A DNA stretch of 64,000 nucleotides. Origin: Escherichia coli. Lineage in GTDB: Bacteria > Pseudomonadota > Gammaproteobacteria > Enterobacterales > Enterobacteriaceae. Both the position numbers and the translations under genes were made by a program. The DNA is taken from NCBI RefSeq assembly GCF_044647545.1, contig NZ_CP172818.1. One strand, written 5' to 3'. The notes below the pieces were generated by a model. The model worked only from the letters and a program-made list of their open reading frames with translations, was not told the DNA's origin and made no database searches. Positions 12,721-24,369 of this stretch are shown here, piece by piece; position 1 is the first letter of the stretch; every line of letters begins with the position of its first letter.

Positions 12721-15018
12721 ATGACGAATCGTATCTCTCGCCTCAAAACTGCACTGTTTGCCAATACCCGTGAAATCTCGCTGGAGCGGGCGCTGCTTTA
12801 TACCGCCAGCCATCGGCAAACCGAAGGCGAACCGGTGATATTGCGCCGGGCGAAAGCAACAGCGTATATCCTTGAACATGTTGAAATTTCGATTCGTGAT
12901 GAAGAACTGATTGCCGGTAACCGCACCGTAAAACCACGCGCCGGGATTATGTCGCCGGAAATGGACCCTTACTGGCTGCTGAAAGAGCTGGATCAATTCC
13001 CGACGCGTCCGCAGGACCGCTTTGCTATCAGCGAAGAAGATAAACGTATCTACCGCGAAGAGTTGTTCCCGTACTGGGAAAAACGTTCGATGAAAGATTT
13101 CATTAACGGGCAGATGACGGATGAAGTAAAAGCCGCGACCAGCACGCAGATTTTCAGCATCAACCAGACGGATAAAGGCCAGGGGCACATTATTATTGAT
13201 TACCCGCGCCTGCTGAATCACGGGCTGGGTGAGCTGGTAGCGCAAATGCAGCAACATTGTCAGCAACAGCCGGAGAATCACTTTTATCAGGCCGCGTTGT
13301 TACTGCTGGAAGCCTCGCAGAAACACATTTTGCGTTACGCCGAACTGGCGGAAACGATGGCGGCAAACTGCACAGATGCCCAGCGTCGCGAAGAGCTGCT
13401 GACTATTGCGGAGATCTCCCGCCATAACGCGCAACATAAGCCGCAGACGTTCTGGCAGGCGTGCCAGTTATTCTGGTACATGAACATCATTCTGCAATAC
13501 GAATCCAACGCCAGTTCGCTGTCTTTAGGGCGCTTCGACCAGTATATGTTGCCGTTCTATCAGGCATCTTTAACCCTGGGCGAAGATCCGGCGTTCCTGA
13601 AAGAACTGCTCGAATCTTTATGGGTGAAATGCAACGACATCGTGCTGTTGCGCTCCACCAGCAGCGCGCGTTATTTCGCCGGTTTCCCGACCGGCTATAC
13701 CGCACTGCTCGGCGGTTTAACCGAGAATGGACGTAGCGCGGTGAACGTGCTTTCGTTCCTCTGCCTCGATGCTTATCAAAGCGTGCAATTACCGCAACCG
13801 AACCTCGGCGTGCGCACTAACGCCTTGATCGACACGCCGTTCCTGATGAAAACCGCAGAAACCATTCGCCTCGGCACCGGTATTCCGCAAATCTTTAACG
13901 ATGAAGTGGTAGTGCCAGCGTTCCTCAACCGTGGCGTTTCGCTGGAAGATGCGCGCGACTATTCCGTAGTGGGCTGTGTGGAATTATCTATTCCCGGCAG
14001 AACCTACGGTCTGCATGACATTGCGATGTTTAACTTGCTGAAAGTGATGGAAATCTGCCTGCATGAAAATGAAGGCAATGCTGCGCTGACTTATGAAGGT
14101 TTACTGGAGCAGATCCGCGCCAAGATCAGCCACTACATCACCCTGATGGTTGAGGGCAGCAATATTTGTGATATCGGCCATCGCGACTGGGCACCTGTAC
14201 CGCTACTCTCGTCTTTTATCAGCGATTGTCTGGAAAAAGGCCGCGATATTACCGATGGCGGTGCGCGTTATAACTTCTCCGGCGTACAGGGGATCGGTAT
14301 CGCCAACCTGAGCGATTCTCTCCATGCGTTGAAAGGTATGGTTTTTGAGCAACAGCGTTTAAGTTTTGACGAATTGCTGTCGGTATTAAAAGCCAACTTC
14401 GCAACGCCAGAAGGCGAAAAAGTCCGTGCTCGCTTAATTAACCGCTTCGAGAAATACGGTAACGATATCGACGAGGTGGATAACATCAGCGCCGAACTGT
14501 TGCGCCACTACTGCAAAGAAGTGGAAAAATACCAGAACCCGCGCGGCGGTTACTTCACGCCGGGATCGTATACCGTTTCTGCTCACGTCCCGTTGGGATC
14601 GGTGGTTGGCGCGACGCCAGACGGTCGTTTTGCCGGAGAACAGCTGGCAGACGGCGGCTTGTCACCCATGCTGGGCCAGGACGCACAAGGGCCAACGGCG
14701 GTACTGAAGTCAGTCAGTAAGCTCGATAATACGCTGCTGTCTAACGGTACGTTGCTGAACGTGAAATTCACTCCGGCGACCCTGGAAGGTGAAGCGGGAT
14801 TACGCAAACTGGCCGACTTCTTACGGGCGTTTACCCAGCTTAAGTTGCAGCATATTCAGTTTAACGTGGTGAACGCCGACACGTTGCGGGAAGCGCAACA
14901 GCGCCCACAAGATTATGCCGGGCTGGTGGTGCGCGTTGCCGGATACAGCGCCTTCTTTGTCGAATTGTCGAAGGAGATCCAGGATGACATCATCCGCCGG
15001 ACAGCGCATCAGCTGTAA
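12721..15018 (+). CDS. pflD: Pyruvate formate-lyase-like glycyl radical enzyme
   Basis: 765-aa ORF; C-terminal glycyl radical motif (RVAGYSAFF). Confidence 0.9.
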   Translation: MTNRISRLKTALFANTREISLERALLYTASHRQTEGEPVILRRAKATAYILEHVEISIRDEELIAGNRTVKPRAGIMSPEMDPYWLLKELDQFPTRPQDRFAISEEDKRIYREELFPYWEKRSMKDFINGQMTDEVKAATSTQIFSINQTDKGQGHIIIDYPRLLNHGLGELVAQMQQHCQQQPENHFYQAALLLLEASQKHILRYAELAETMAANCTDAQRREELLTIAEISRHNAQHKPQTFWQACQLFWYMNIILQYESNASSLSLGRFDQYMLPFYQASLTLGEDPAFLKELLESLWVKCNDIVLLRSTSSARYFAGFPTGYTALLGGLTENGRSAVNVLSFLCLDAYQSVQLPQPNLGVRTNALIDTPFLMKTAETIRLGTGIPQIFNDEVVVPAFLNRGVSLEDARDYSVVGCVELSIPGRTYGLHDIAMFNLLKVMEICLHENEGNAALTYEGLLEQIRAKISHYITLMVEGSNICDIGHRDWAPVPLLSSFISDCLEKGRDITDGGARYNFSGVQGIGIANLSDSLHALKGMVFEQQRLSFDELLSVLKANFATPEGEKVRARLINRFEKYGNDIDEVDNISAELLRHYCKEVEKYQNPRGGYFTPGSYTVSAHVPLGSVVGATPDGRFAGEQLADGGLSPMLGQDAQGPTAVLKSVSKLDNTLLSNGTLLNVKFTPATLEGEAGLRKLADFLRAFTQLKLQHIQFNVVNADTLREAQQRPQDYAGLVVRVAGYSAFFVELSKEIQDDIIRRTAHQL

Positions 15019-15862
15019 CGTTGTGGAAACGCGCCGCGATGATGTGGCGCGCATTTTCAACATTCAGCGTTATTCACTGAATGACGGCGAGGGCATTCGT
15101 ACGGTGGTCTTTTTTAAAGGCTGTCCGCATCTTTGCCCGTGGTGTGCTAATCCGGAGTCGATCTCCGGCAAAATCCAGACTGTACGCAGAGAGGCGAAAT
15201 GTCTGCACTGTGCGAAATGTTTGCGTGATGCGGATGAATGCCCCTCCGGTGCGTTTGAACGGATTGGTCGCGATATCAGCCTTGACGCTCTGGAACGGGA
15301 AGTGATGAAAGATGACATTTTCTTTCGCACGTCCGGCGGCGGCGTCACGCTTTCTGGCGGCGAAGTGTTAATGCAGGCGGAGTTTGCTACCCGTTTTTTA
15401 CAGCGGCTGCGGTTGTGGGGCGTGTCATGCGCCATTGAAACCGCCGGAGACGCGCCAGCCAGCAAGCTGTTACCGCTGGCGAAATTGTGCGATGAAGTGT
15501 TGTTCGATTTAAAAATTATGGACGCGACTCAGGCGCGGGATGTGGTGAAGATGAACCTGCCACGCGTGCTGGAGAATCTGCGTTTGCTGGTGAGTGAGGG
15601 CGTCAACGTGATCCCGCGTTTACCGCTGATCCCTGGTTTCACGCTCAGCCGGGAGAATATGCAGCAGGCGCTGGACGTGCTGATCCCGCTGAATATCAGG
15701 CAGATCCATCTGTTACCGTTTCATCAGTACGGCGAACCGAAATACCGCCTGCTGGGGAAAACATGGTCGATGAAAGAGGTGTCTGCGCCGTCGTCAGCCG
15801 ATGTGACAACGATGCGCGAAATGGCAGAACGGGCCGGATTTCAGGTTACCGTGGGAGGTTAA
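14984..15862 (+). CDS. pflC: Glycyl-radical enzyme activating protein (radical SAM)
   Basis: 292 aa from internal Met (MTSSAGQRISCNVVE...); Cys-rich motifs CPHLCPWCANPE and CLHCAKC; overlaps the pflD 3' end. Confidence 0.9.
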   Translation: MTSSAGQRISCNVVETRRDDVARIFNIQRYSLNDGEGIRTVVFFKGCPHLCPWCANPESISGKIQTVRREAKCLHCAKCLRDADECPSGAFERIGRDISLDALEREVMKDDIFFRTSGGGVTLSGGEVLMQAEFATRFLQRLRLWGVSCAIETAGDAPASKLLPLAKLCDEVLFDLKIMDATQARDVVKMNLPRVLENLRLLVSEGVNVIPRLPLIPGFTLSRENMQQALDVLIPLNIRQIHLLPFHQYGEPKYRLLGKTWSMKEVSAPSSADVTTMREMAERAGFQVTVGG

Positions 15863-15863
15863 A

Positions 15864-16205
15864 ATGGCATACCTGGTGGCAGTAACCGCCTGCGTAAGCG
15901 GCGTGGCGCATACTTATATGGCGGCGGAACGGCTGGAAAAGTTGTGCCAGTTAGAGAAGTGGGGCGTCAGCATTGAAACTCAGGGCGCGCTGGGAACGGA
16001 GAATCGTTTAGCGGACGAGGATATCCGTCGGGCGGATGTTGCTCTGTTGATTACGGATATCGAGCTTGCCGGTGCCGAGCGATTTGAACATTGCCGCTAC
16101 GTGCAATGCAGCATCTACGCTTTCCTGCGTGAGCCGCAGCGGGTGATGAGCGCGGTACGCAAAGTGCTTTCTGCGCCGCAGCAAATCCATCTTATTCTGG
16201 AGTAG
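15864..16205 (+). CDS. frwD: Fructose-like PTS EIIB component 2
   Basis: 113 aa, paralogous to frwB (VTACVSGVAHTYMAAE). Confidence 0.9.
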   Translation: MAYLVAVTACVSGVAHTYMAAERLEKLCQLEKWGVSIETQGALGTENRLADEDIRRADVALLITDIELAGAERFEHCRYVQCSIYAFLREPQRVMSAVRKVLSAPQQIHLILE

Positions 16206-17043
16206 TCGGTTTTTCTGTCAGTTGGCTGTGGTACTGCCGACGATATTCCGACGGTGAGCGTTCGGTATTTTTACGAAACAGACGGCAGAAGTAGTTGCTG
16301 TCGACAAAGCCGCAGGCGTGCGCCACTTCTTTTACCTTCAGGTCATAGCCTTTCAATAACGTCTTAGCGTGCTCCAGTCGCGTGTGATTCAGGTATTCGT
16401 TAAAACCAATGGCCCCCGTTTTTTGAAACAGGTGCGAGAGGTAATTTGGCGAAATATAGAATGCCTGTGCGACAGATTCGCGGGTAAGCGCGGAGGCATA
16501 GCGTTCGTCGATATAATCGCGAATAGCTTCGAATAGAGCCTGGCTACGTGAGGCGGTCTGGATTTGGCTGCCGAGCAAATCGCGGCAGTGGCTAAGCAGG
16601 CTGGCGACGATAAGCCTTGCCGTTTGCTGCTCCTGCGACTGCATTTGCATTTCATTGAGCGTTTGTAGCAGAAAAGAACCTATGCGTGGGCCGCGTCGGG
16701 CGACGTGTTGCTTCGCCAGATTTTGATATTGTTTGCCATCCCATTGCACGACGCTGAAGCCGAGTTGCTGTTTGCCAAACAGCACGCTAAAGGTCGTGGC
16801 GGGGGCTTGCCATTGTGGAAAATTCCAGCCACCAGCGGGAACGTACAGCACATCGCCGGGAACTAACGTTGCTCCAGCGCCGGTATCAACAAACTCACCT
16901 TCCAGCACAATTTCCAGTCGTGGAAAATCGACCTGATACGCAAGATCGGGCACCGGGCCGTTGCTGCTGGCAAAGTAAATCTGGCGCAGGGACAGCGGGC
17001 CGTTGATCAGGCGGGAGAGCAGATAGCTGACGTCGTGATACAT
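16192..17043 (-). CDS. yijO: AraC/XylS-family transcriptional regulator
   Basis: 283-aa ORF with C-terminal AraC-type HTH region (...YLSHLFQKTGAIGFNEYLNHTRLEHAKTLL...). Confidence 0.85.
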   Translation of the reverse strand: MYHDVSYLLSRLINGPLSLRQIYFASSNGPVPDLAYQVDFPRLEIVLEGEFVDTGAGATLVPGDVLYVPAGGWNFPQWQAPATTFSVLFGKQQLGFSVVQWDGKQYQNLAKQHVARRGPRIGSFLLQTLNEMQMQSQEQQTARLIVASLLSHCRDLLGSQIQTASRSQALFEAIRDYIDERYASALTRESVAQAFYISPNYLSHLFQKTGAIGFNEYLNHTRLEHAKTLLKGYDLKVKEVAHACGFVDSNYFCRLFRKNTERSPSEYRRQYHSQLTEKPTTPE

Positions 17044-17090
17044 GTTATTCCCTTAGCTATGTAGACGGGAAAACAGTAACTGGCATTATG

Positions 17091-17117
17091 AAAAAAGGCC
17101 ACCTGAAAAGTGTGGCC
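17091..17117 (-). terminator. Intrinsic terminator downstream of eptC
   Basis: Minus-strand hairpin ggccacacttttcaggtggcc followed by U-run (plus strand aaaaaaggccacctgaaaagtgtggcc). Confidence 0.65.
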
Positions 17118-17190
17118 TGAGGGGAGTGCGATGTAAACATTGCGGCAGATCGCATCCGGCAAATAGCGCCAGACGCGATACAAAGGTCAT

Positions 17191-18924
17191 TTACTGATTA
17201 CCTACCTGATCGCCATACGGCAGAGTGTCGTAATCGATCAGCGCATTTTTCTTGTACGGATTACCAATCCAGCGGGTGGTTTCTTTGAACTGCGGGTTCA
17301 CCACTGAACGGGTTGGATCGTAACCGTCGTAAGATAAGCCCGCCAAATCTGACCAGGTGTGGATCAGTTCCGCAAGGCTGTATTTACGATCAACATCCTG
17401 CGAGAAATCACGCGGATGAGTCGCTTGCCATTTTTCTGACGTCCACAGCAGGAACGGAATGGTGTACATATGACGCGTCGGGTTGTCCTCATTACGCCCC
17501 TGGGTTTTATGCGGCGGCGTGTCGTAAACCTCTTCACCGTGGTCAGAGAAGTAAACCAGGAATCCGTTCGGGTCTGCCGCTTTAAAGTCTTTAATCAGGC
17601 TGGCAACCACATGATCGTTATACAGGTTAGCGTTGTCATAATCGTTATATGACTCCAGCTCTTCCGCGTTTAACCCCGGCGGGACATGATCGGTATTGCC
17701 ATCAAACTTGCCCTGATTTTCCGGGTAGCGGTATTTGTATTTGATATGCGTACCCAGCAGATGAACGATGATCAGTTTCTTCGGTGCCGGGTCCTTCAGC
17801 ACTTCCTGGAACGGCTTCAGCACGTTGGTGTCGTATTCACGCGCACTCTGCGTACGTTGCTGGTTCATGTAGTACTGCTTGTCGGTCTGGCGCGAAAATA
17901 CCGTCAGCATGGTATTGCGGGCGGTCATCGTCTGCTGGTTGGTGATCCAGAAGGTTTTATACCCCGCCTGTTTCATCATGTTCATCAGCGACGGCTGTGT
18001 CAGGTACAGGTCCGGGTTCTTTTCATTGGCAAAGGTCAGCGCCTGTTGCAGGATTTCAATGGTGTACGGACGAGACGTAACCACGTTATTAAACACGGTC
18101 AGATTCGGATCGGTTTTATGCAGTGCATCCAGCTCCGGCGTGGTTTCACGCGGATAACCGTACAGACTCATGCGGCCACGCTGGGTCGACTCGCCAATCA
18201 CCAGCACTAAAGTGCGCGGTTCGTTACCCGATTCATCTTTGAAATTCGCCAGCGGCGGCAAGGCATTATTTTCATTCAGTAGCTTTGTTAGCGAGTTTAG
18301 TTGCTGACGATACTGATAATAGCCGGTCAGGAATTGCCACGGTGCGGCAGGCTCCATACGCGATGCCAGGTTATCCAACGCTTTCTCAAATGGCTTGTTT
18401 TTGATAAACGTATTCATGGCGATCGGATGCAGAATCAAGCCATAAAGTAGGGCAAAAGAGACAACATAACGCCACGGCTTTGGAATATAGACCGGGCGCA
18501 GGCGTGTCCACAGCAGAACTGCCACCGCCGTATAGGCCAGCGCGATAAGCACAATTTTCAGGCTGAAATACTGGCTTAAATACTCGCTGGCTTCGTTGGT
18601 GTTGGTTTCAAACATCACAAACAGAACGCTCTGCGAGAACTCCTGACCGTAGATGACGTAGTAGCACAGCGCCGCCAGAGAGGCCGCCCATAGCACCACG
18701 CCGATCACTGCGGCAATAATTTTAATCCGCTTCGGAAAGAGGAATGCCGGGATCAACCACAGCGAACTGAATAACAGCGAGTCGCGAATGCCGTTAGTGC
18801 CACTATAACCACTGATGTAAATAATGGCCTGTAGCAGAGTAGAGAAAAACCAAAAGTAGAGCAGTGCCCAACCCAAGGCTTTCCAGCTAAAAAGGGGTTT
18901 AGCCTGGACTTCTGTGGAATGCAT
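17191..18924 (-). CDS. eptC: Phosphoethanolamine transferase (LPS core modification)
   Basis: 577 aa from internal Met (MHSTEVQAKPLFSWKA...); N-terminal membrane segments plus sulfatase-like domain. Confidence 0.9.
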   Translation of the reverse strand: MHSTEVQAKPLFSWKALGWALLYFWFFSTLLQAIIYISGYSGTNGIRDSLLFSSLWLIPAFLFPKRIKIIAAVIGVVLWAASLAALCYYVIYGQEFSQSVLFVMFETNTNEASEYLSQYFSLKIVLIALAYTAVAVLLWTRLRPVYIPKPWRYVVSFALLYGLILHPIAMNTFIKNKPFEKALDNLASRMEPAAPWQFLTGYYQYRQQLNSLTKLLNENNALPPLANFKDESGNEPRTLVLVIGESTQRGRMSLYGYPRETTPELDALHKTDPNLTVFNNVVTSRPYTIEILQQALTFANEKNPDLYLTQPSLMNMMKQAGYKTFWITNQQTMTARNTMLTVFSRQTDKQYYMNQQRTQSAREYDTNVLKPFQEVLKDPAPKKLIIVHLLGTHIKYKYRYPENQGKFDGNTDHVPPGLNAEELESYNDYDNANLYNDHVVASLIKDFKAADPNGFLVYFSDHGEEVYDTPPHKTQGRNEDNPTRHMYTIPFLLWTSEKWQATHPRDFSQDVDRKYSLAELIHTWSDLAGLSYDGYDPTRSVVNPQFKETTRWIGNPYKKNALIDYDTLPYGDQVGNQ

Positions 18925-19057
18925 AGTAAGAACCTGTCTTGAAAAAAATATCGCCGAATGTAACGACAATTCCTTAAGGATATCTGAAGGTGTATTCAGA
19001 ATTTGAATAAAATGCAGACAGAAATATATTGAAAACGAAGGTGTTAGAACAGAAGTA

Positions 19058-19092
19058 TTTCAGAAAACCCTCGCGCAAAAGCACGAGGGTTT
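19058..19092 (-). terminator. Intrinsic terminator downstream of ppc
   Basis: Hairpin accctcg...cgagggt next to an A-run on the plus strand (U-run on the minus-strand transcript). Confidence 0.65.
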
Positions 19093-19106
19093 GCAGGAGA
19101 GGAAGA

Positions 19107-21758
19107 TTAGCCGGTATTACGCATACCTGCCGCAATCCCGGCAATAGTGACCATTAACGCCTGCTCGACGCGAGGATCCGGCTCATGGCCTTCTTTTTCT
19201 GCCTGGCGGGAGCGGTGCAGCAACTCGGCCTGCAATACGTTCAGCGGGTCGGTGTAAATATTCCGTAGCTGAATAGACTCTGCAATCCACGGCAGATCGG
19301 CCATCAGATGGGAATCGTTGGCAATCGCCAGCACCACTTTGATGTCTTCTTCTTGCAGATTGCGTAACTCTTTACCTAACGGCCACAGTGCTTTGTCTAC
19401 CAGACGTTGATCATAGTATTCCGCCAGCCACAGGTCTGCTTTGGCGAAGACCATCTCCAGCATGCCGAGACGCGTCGAGAAGAATGGCCAATCGCGGCAC
19501 ATGGCTTCCAGTTCGCTCTGCTTGCCATCTTCGACCACTTTTTGCAGCGCCGTACCTGCACCCAGCCAGGCGGGGAGCATCAGGCGGTTTTGTGTCCAGG
19601 CAAAAATCCACGGAATGGCGCGCAGTGACTCGACGCCGCCGGTCGGGCGACGTTTCGCCGGACGTGAACCCAACGGCAGTTTGCCCAGCTCTTGTTCCGG
19701 CGTAGCGGAGCGGAAGTACGGCACAAAATCTTTGTTTTCACGTACGTAGCCACGGTAGAGATCGCAGGAGATGACTGACAGTTCATCCATAATGCGACGC
19801 CAGCTCTCTTTCGGCTCAGGTGGTGGCAGCAGGTTGGCTTCCAGAATCGCCCCGGTGTACAGCGACAGGCTGCTGACGGTGATTTCTGGCAGACCATATT
19901 TAAAGCGGATCATCTCGCCCTGTTCAGTCACGCGCAGGCCACCTTTCAGGCTTCCTGGCGGTTGTGACAGCAGCGCCGCATGGGCAGGTGCGCCGCCGCG
20001 ACCAATGGAACCGCCGCGACCGTGGAACAACGTCAGCTCAATACCCGCTTTTTCGCAGGTTTTGATTAATGCATCCTGTGCCTGATATTGCGCCCAGGAA
20101 GCTGCCATCACCCCCGCATCTTTTGCTGAGTCGGAATAGCCAATCATCACCATCTGTTTGCCCTGAATCAGGCCGCGATACCAGTCGATATTCAGCAGCT
20201 GGGTCATGACATCGTTGGCGTTGTTCAGGTCATCGAGGGTTTCAAACAGCGGAGCAACCGGCATCGCAAACCCGATACCCGCTTCTTTCAGCAGCAGGTG
20301 GACAGCCAGCACGTCGGACGGCGTTTTCGCCATCGAGATCACGTAGGCGGCAATGGAGCCTTGCGGCGCTTCGGCAATCACCTGGCAGGTATCGAGCACT
20401 TCGCGCGTTTCGGCGCTTGGTTGCCAGTTGCGCGGCAGAAGCGGACGTTTGGAGTTCAGTTCGCGGATCAGGAACGCCTGTTTGTCGGCCTCTGACCAGC
20501 TTTCGTAGTCGCCGATACCGAGGTAGCGGGTCAGCTCGCCCAGCGCTTCGGTATGGCGGGTGCTCTCCTGACGGATATCAATACGGACCAGCGGTACGCC
20601 GAAACATTTCACGCGGCGCAGGGTGTCGAGCAGATCGCCGTTGGCGATAATACCCATGCCACACGCCTGAAGTGACTGGTAGCAAGCGTAGAGCGGTTCC
20701 CACAGTTCTTCGTTTTGTGTCAGCAGGCCTTCTGGTTTTGGCAGTTCTTCGCCTTTCAGGCGCGCTTCCAGCCATGCCTGTGTCGCCATCAGGCGAGAAC
20801 GCAGGTTTTTCATCAGATAGCGATACGGTTCTGCGGCACCTTCTTCGCCAACCAGCGCCAGCAGTTCAGGGGTCGCTTCAACCATCGACAGTTCAGAAAC
20901 CAGCACCTGAATATCTTTCAGGAACAGATCGGTGGCTTTCCAGCGACTGAGCAGCAGGACGTGGCGGGTGATATCGGCAGTGACGTTCGGGTTGCCGTCG
21001 CGGTCACCGCCCATCCACGAGGTAAAACGGACCGGAACAAATTCGACGGGCAGTTTGTAGCCGAGATTCTCTTCCAGTTGTTCGTTCAGTTCGCGCAGGT
21101 AATTCGGTACGCCTTGCCACAGGCTGTTTTCTACTACGGCAAAGCCCCATTTGGCTTCATCTACCGGGCTTGGACGCAGCTTACGGATTTCATCGGTATG
21201 CCATGACTGGGCGATCAACTGGCGCAGGCGGCGCATCAGCTGGTTGTGTTCGTAGTCAGCGATATCTTTGTTATCGAGCTGTTTTAAGCAGGCGTTCACT
21301 TCCACCATTTTGTGGATCAGTGTACGACGGGTAATTTCGGTTGGGTGAGCCGTGAGGACCAGTTCCAGCGACAGCGATTCCACTGCTTTTTTGATGGTGT
21401 CTTCGCTCAGTTCCGGCTGGTTTTTCAGTTTACGCAGGGTGCGGGCGATCACTTCCGGGTTGCTGGCAGCTTCGCCTTTCGGCGAAATGCTGTGGTATTG
21501 CTCGGCGGTGTTGGCCAGGTTCAGGAATTGACTAAACGCACGCGCAACGGGCAGCAGCTCGTCGTTCGACAAATTTTGTAAGGTGGTGAGCAACTCCTGG
21601 CGGTTAGCATCATTGCCAGCGCGTGAAGATTTGGACAACTTACGGATAGTTTCTACGCGTTCAAGAATGTGTTCTCCTAACGCATCCTTGATGGTTTCTC
21701 CCAGCACTTTGCCGAGCATACTGACATTACTACGCAATGCGGAATATTGTTCGTTCAT
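19107..21758 (-). CDS. ppc: Phosphoenolpyruvate carboxylase
   Basis: 883-aa [33 protein letters not shown]...; length and sequence match Ppc. Confidence 0.97.
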   Translation of the reverse strand: MNEQYSALRSNVSMLGKVLGETIKDALGEHILERVETIRKLSKSSRAGNDANRQELLTTLQNLSNDELLPVARAFSQFLNLANTAEQYHSISPKGEAASNPEVIARTLRKLKNQPELSEDTIKKAVESLSLELVLTAHPTEITRRTLIHKMVEVNACLKQLDNKDIADYEHNQLMRRLRQLIAQSWHTDEIRKLRPSPVDEAKWGFAVVENSLWQGVPNYLRELNEQLEENLGYKLPVEFVPVRFTSWMGGDRDGNPNVTADITRHVLLLSRWKATDLFLKDIQVLVSELSMVEATPELLALVGEEGAAEPYRYLMKNLRSRLMATQAWLEARLKGEELPKPEGLLTQNEELWEPLYACYQSLQACGMGIIANGDLLDTLRRVKCFGVPLVRIDIRQESTRHTEALGELTRYLGIGDYESWSEADKQAFLIRELNSKRPLLPRNWQPSAETREVLDTCQVIAEAPQGSIAAYVISMAKTPSDVLAVHLLLKEAGIGFAMPVAPLFETLDDLNNANDVMTQLLNIDWYRGLIQGKQMVMIGYSDSAKDAGVMAASWAQYQAQDALIKTCEKAGIELTLFHGRGGSIGRGGAPAHAALLSQPPGSLKGGLRVTEQGEMIRFKYGLPEITVSSLSLYTGAILEANLLPPPEPKESWRRIMDELSVISCDLYRGYVRENKDFVPYFRSATPEQELGKLPLGSRPAKRRPTGGVESLRAIPWIFAWTQNRLMLPAWLGAGTALQKVVEDGKQSELEAMCRDWPFFSTRLGMLEMVFAKADLWLAEYYDQRLVDKALWPLGKELRNLQEEDIKVVLAIANDSHLMADLPWIAESIQLRNIYTDPLNVLQAELLHRSRQAEKEGHEPDPRVEQALMVTIAGIAAGMRNTG

Positions 21759-22006
21759 ATTACCCCAGACACCCCATCTTATCGTTTGATAGCCCTGTAT
21801 CCTTCACGTCGCATTGGCGCGAATATGCTCGGGCTTTGCTTTTCGTCGTCTTTTATAAAGCCACGTAAAAGCGGTGACGTCAAATGCTGCGAAATCGCTT
21901 CAGCAAACGAATAAATAGCAGGAATTTACGCCATTAAATTCACGACGCTTTAAATAAGCGTAACTTATGGGAATGTTAAAAAATCGCCTCGAGTAACACC
22001 AAAGGT

Positions 22007-22049
22007 GTAGGTCGGATAAGATGCGCAAGCATCGCATCCGATGGCCTAC
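22007..22049. repeat. REP-like palindromic element
   Basis: gtaggtcggataagatgcgcaagcatcgcatccgatggcctac imperfect palindrome in the ppc-argE spacer. Confidence 0.55.
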
Positions 22050-22052
22050 GTT

Positions 22053-23204
22053 TTAATGCCAGCAAAAATGGTGAATCACCTGGGTGATCAGTTCGCGGGT
22101 GGGCTTGATAAACCGTGTTTCCAGATATTCATCAGGTTGATGAGCCTGATTAATTGAGCCAGGGCCCAGAACCAGCGTCGGGCATAACGTTTGAATAAAC
22201 GGCGCTTCGGTACAGTAATTCACCACTTCGGTCTTTGCTCCTAGCAATTTCTCAACTACTTCAACCAGTTGATGATTTGGCGGGCATTCATAGCCAGGGA
22301 TCGGTGGATGCAGCTCGTCGACCGTCAGACGACCCGGCCAGCGTTCGCTCACCGGAGCCAGCGCATCGTTGAGTAGGCCATTAAGTTCATTGAGTGTCAT
22401 GCCCGGCAGCGGACGAATATCCATATGCAACTCACAGCAAGCACAAATACGGTTAGAAGCGTCGCCACCGTGAATATGCCCGAGGTTGAGCGTGGGGTAT
22501 GGCACGGTAAACGCTTCATAGTGATAGCGTTCTTTCAGGTTATCGCGCAATTGCAAAATATGCCCGATGGCGTCGTGCATCAGTTCGATAGCGTTAACTC
22601 CGCGTGCTGGATCGCTGGAGTGGCCCGACTGGCCCATAATTCGAATGGCATTTGAGATGTGACCTTTATGCGCGCGTACCGGTTGCAGCGACGTTGGCTC
22701 GCCAATGATGGCGCAATCCGGGCGCAGGGCGGTAGTTTCGGCAAAATAACGCGCTCCGGCCATACTGGTTTCTTCATCGGCAGTCGCCAGAATGTAGAGC
22801 GGTTTTGCAAGCTTCGTGACGTCGACATCGCGTAGCGCATCAAGGATAAACGCAAAAAAGCCTTTCATGTCGGCGGTGCCTAAGCCGTAAAGCTTGCCGT
22901 CATGCTCCGTCAGTGTAAACGGATCGCGCGTCCAGCGTCCGTCATCAAATGGCACCGTATCGGTATGCCCCGCCAGCAACAAACCGCCAGCCCCCTGTCC
23001 GGTACTTGCCAGCATATTAAATTTGTTGCGAGTTCCTGGCACAGGCTGCACTTCCACATTGAAGCCTAAATCTTTAAACCAGTCCGCCAGCAGAGTGATT
23101 AAATCTGCATTGCTTTGATCGAGTGCCTCTTCCGTGGCGCTTATTGAAGGTGTGGCAATCAGAGCACGGTAAATCTCGATAAATGGCGGTAATTTGTTTT
23201 TCAT
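22053..23204 (-). CDS. argE: Acetylornithine deacetylase
   Basis: 383 aa from internal Met ([15 protein letters not shown]...); M20 peptidase family. Confidence 0.93.
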   Translation of the reverse strand: MKNKLPPFIEIYRALIATPSISATEEALDQSNADLITLLADWFKDLGFNVEVQPVPGTRNKFNMLASTGQGAGGLLLAGHTDTVPFDDGRWTRDPFTLTEHDGKLYGLGTADMKGFFAFILDALRDVDVTKLAKPLYILATADEETSMAGARYFAETTALRPDCAIIGEPTSLQPVRAHKGHISNAIRIMGQSGHSSDPARGVNAIELMHDAIGHILQLRDNLKERYHYEAFTVPYPTLNLGHIHGGDASNRICACCELHMDIRPLPGMTLNELNGLLNDALAPVSERWPGRLTVDELHPPIPGYECPPNHQLVEVVEKLLGAKTEVVNYCTEAPFIQTLCPTLVLGPGSINQAHQPDEYLETRFIKPTRELITQVIHHFCWH

Positions 23205-23357
23205 TGTTGACACACCTCTGGTCATGATAGTATCAATATTCATGCAGTATTTATGAATAAAAATACACTAACGTTGAGCGTAATAAAACCCACCAGCCGT
23301 AAGGTGAATGTTTTACGTTTAACCTGGCAACCAGACATAAGAAGGTGAATAGCCCCG
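23205..23357. promoter_or_regulatory. Divergent argE / argCBH control region with ARG-box-like palindromes
   Basis: AT-rich motif tatcaatattcatgcagtatttatgaataaaaat matches the ArgR operator pattern between the divergent genes. Confidence 0.6.
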
Positions 23358-24362
23358 ATGTTGAATACGCTGATTGTGGGTGCCAGCGGCTACGCTGGCG
23401 CAGAGCTAGTGACCTATGTAAATCGCCATCCGCATATGAACATAACCGCTTTGACTGTTTCAGCGCAAAGCAATGATGCGGGAAAGTTAATCTCCGATTT
23501 GCATCCGCAGCTAAAAGGCATCGTTGATCTGCCGTTGCAGCCGATGTCGGATATCAGCGAGTTTAGCCCAGGGGTGGACGTGGTGTTTCTCGCCACCGCC
23601 CATGAAGTTAGCCACGATTTAGCGCCGCAATTTCTTGAAGCCGGCTGCGTGGTGTTCGACCTTTCCGGCGCGTTTCGTGTTAACGACGCCGCCTTCTATG
23701 AAAAATATTACGGCTTTACCCATCAATACCCGGAACTGCTGGAACAGGCAGCCTACGGTCTGGCGGAGTGGTGCGGTAATAAATTAAAAGAAGCGAACTT
23801 GATTGCGGTGCCAGGCTGTTATCCGACGGCAGCACAGCTGGCGCTGAAACCGTTGATTGATGCCGATCTTCTTGACCTCATTCAGTGGCCGGTGATCAAC
23901 GCTACCAGCGGCGTGAGCGGTGCAGGACGTAAGGCAGCGATTTCAAATAGTTTTTGTGAAGTTAGCCTGCAACCGTATGGCGTCTTTACCCATCGTCATC
24001 AACCAGAGATCGCCACACACCTCGGTGCTGACGTTATCTTCACCCCGCATCTGGGCAATTTCCCGCGCGGCATTCTCGAAACCATTACCTGCCGCCTGAA
24101 ATCGGGTGTGACCCAGGCGCAAGTCGCGCAAGTGTTACAGCAGGCGTATGCCCATAAACCGCTGGTGCGGCTGTATGACAAAGGCGTTCCGGCGCTGAAA
24201 AATGTCGTTGGGCTGCCATTTTGCGATATCGGGTTTGCCGTTCAGGGCGAGCATCTGATTATTGTGGCGACCGAAGACAACTTACTGAAAGGCGCGGCGG
24301 CACAAGCGGTACAGTGCGCCAATATTCGTTTCGGCTATGCGGAAACGCAGTCTCTTATTTAA
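23358..24362 (+). CDS. argC: N-acetyl-gamma-glutamyl-phosphate reductase
   Basis: 334-aa [24 protein letters not shown]... Confidence 0.95.
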   Translation: MLNTLIVGASGYAGAELVTYVNRHPHMNITALTVSAQSNDAGKLISDLHPQLKGIVDLPLQPMSDISEFSPGVDVVFLATAHEVSHDLAPQFLEAGCVVFDLSGAFRVNDAAFYEKYYGFTHQYPELLEQAAYGLAEWCGNKLKEANLIAVPGCYPTAAQLALKPLIDADLLDLIQWPVINATSGVSGAGRKAAISNSFCEVSLQPYGVFTHRHQPEIATHLGADVIFTPHLGNFPRGILETITCRLKSGVTQAQVAQVLQQAYAHKPLVRLYDKGVPALKNVVGLPFCDIGFAVQGEHLIIVATEDNLLKGAAAQAVQCANIRFGYAETQSLI

Positions 24363-24369
24363 GGGTGCA

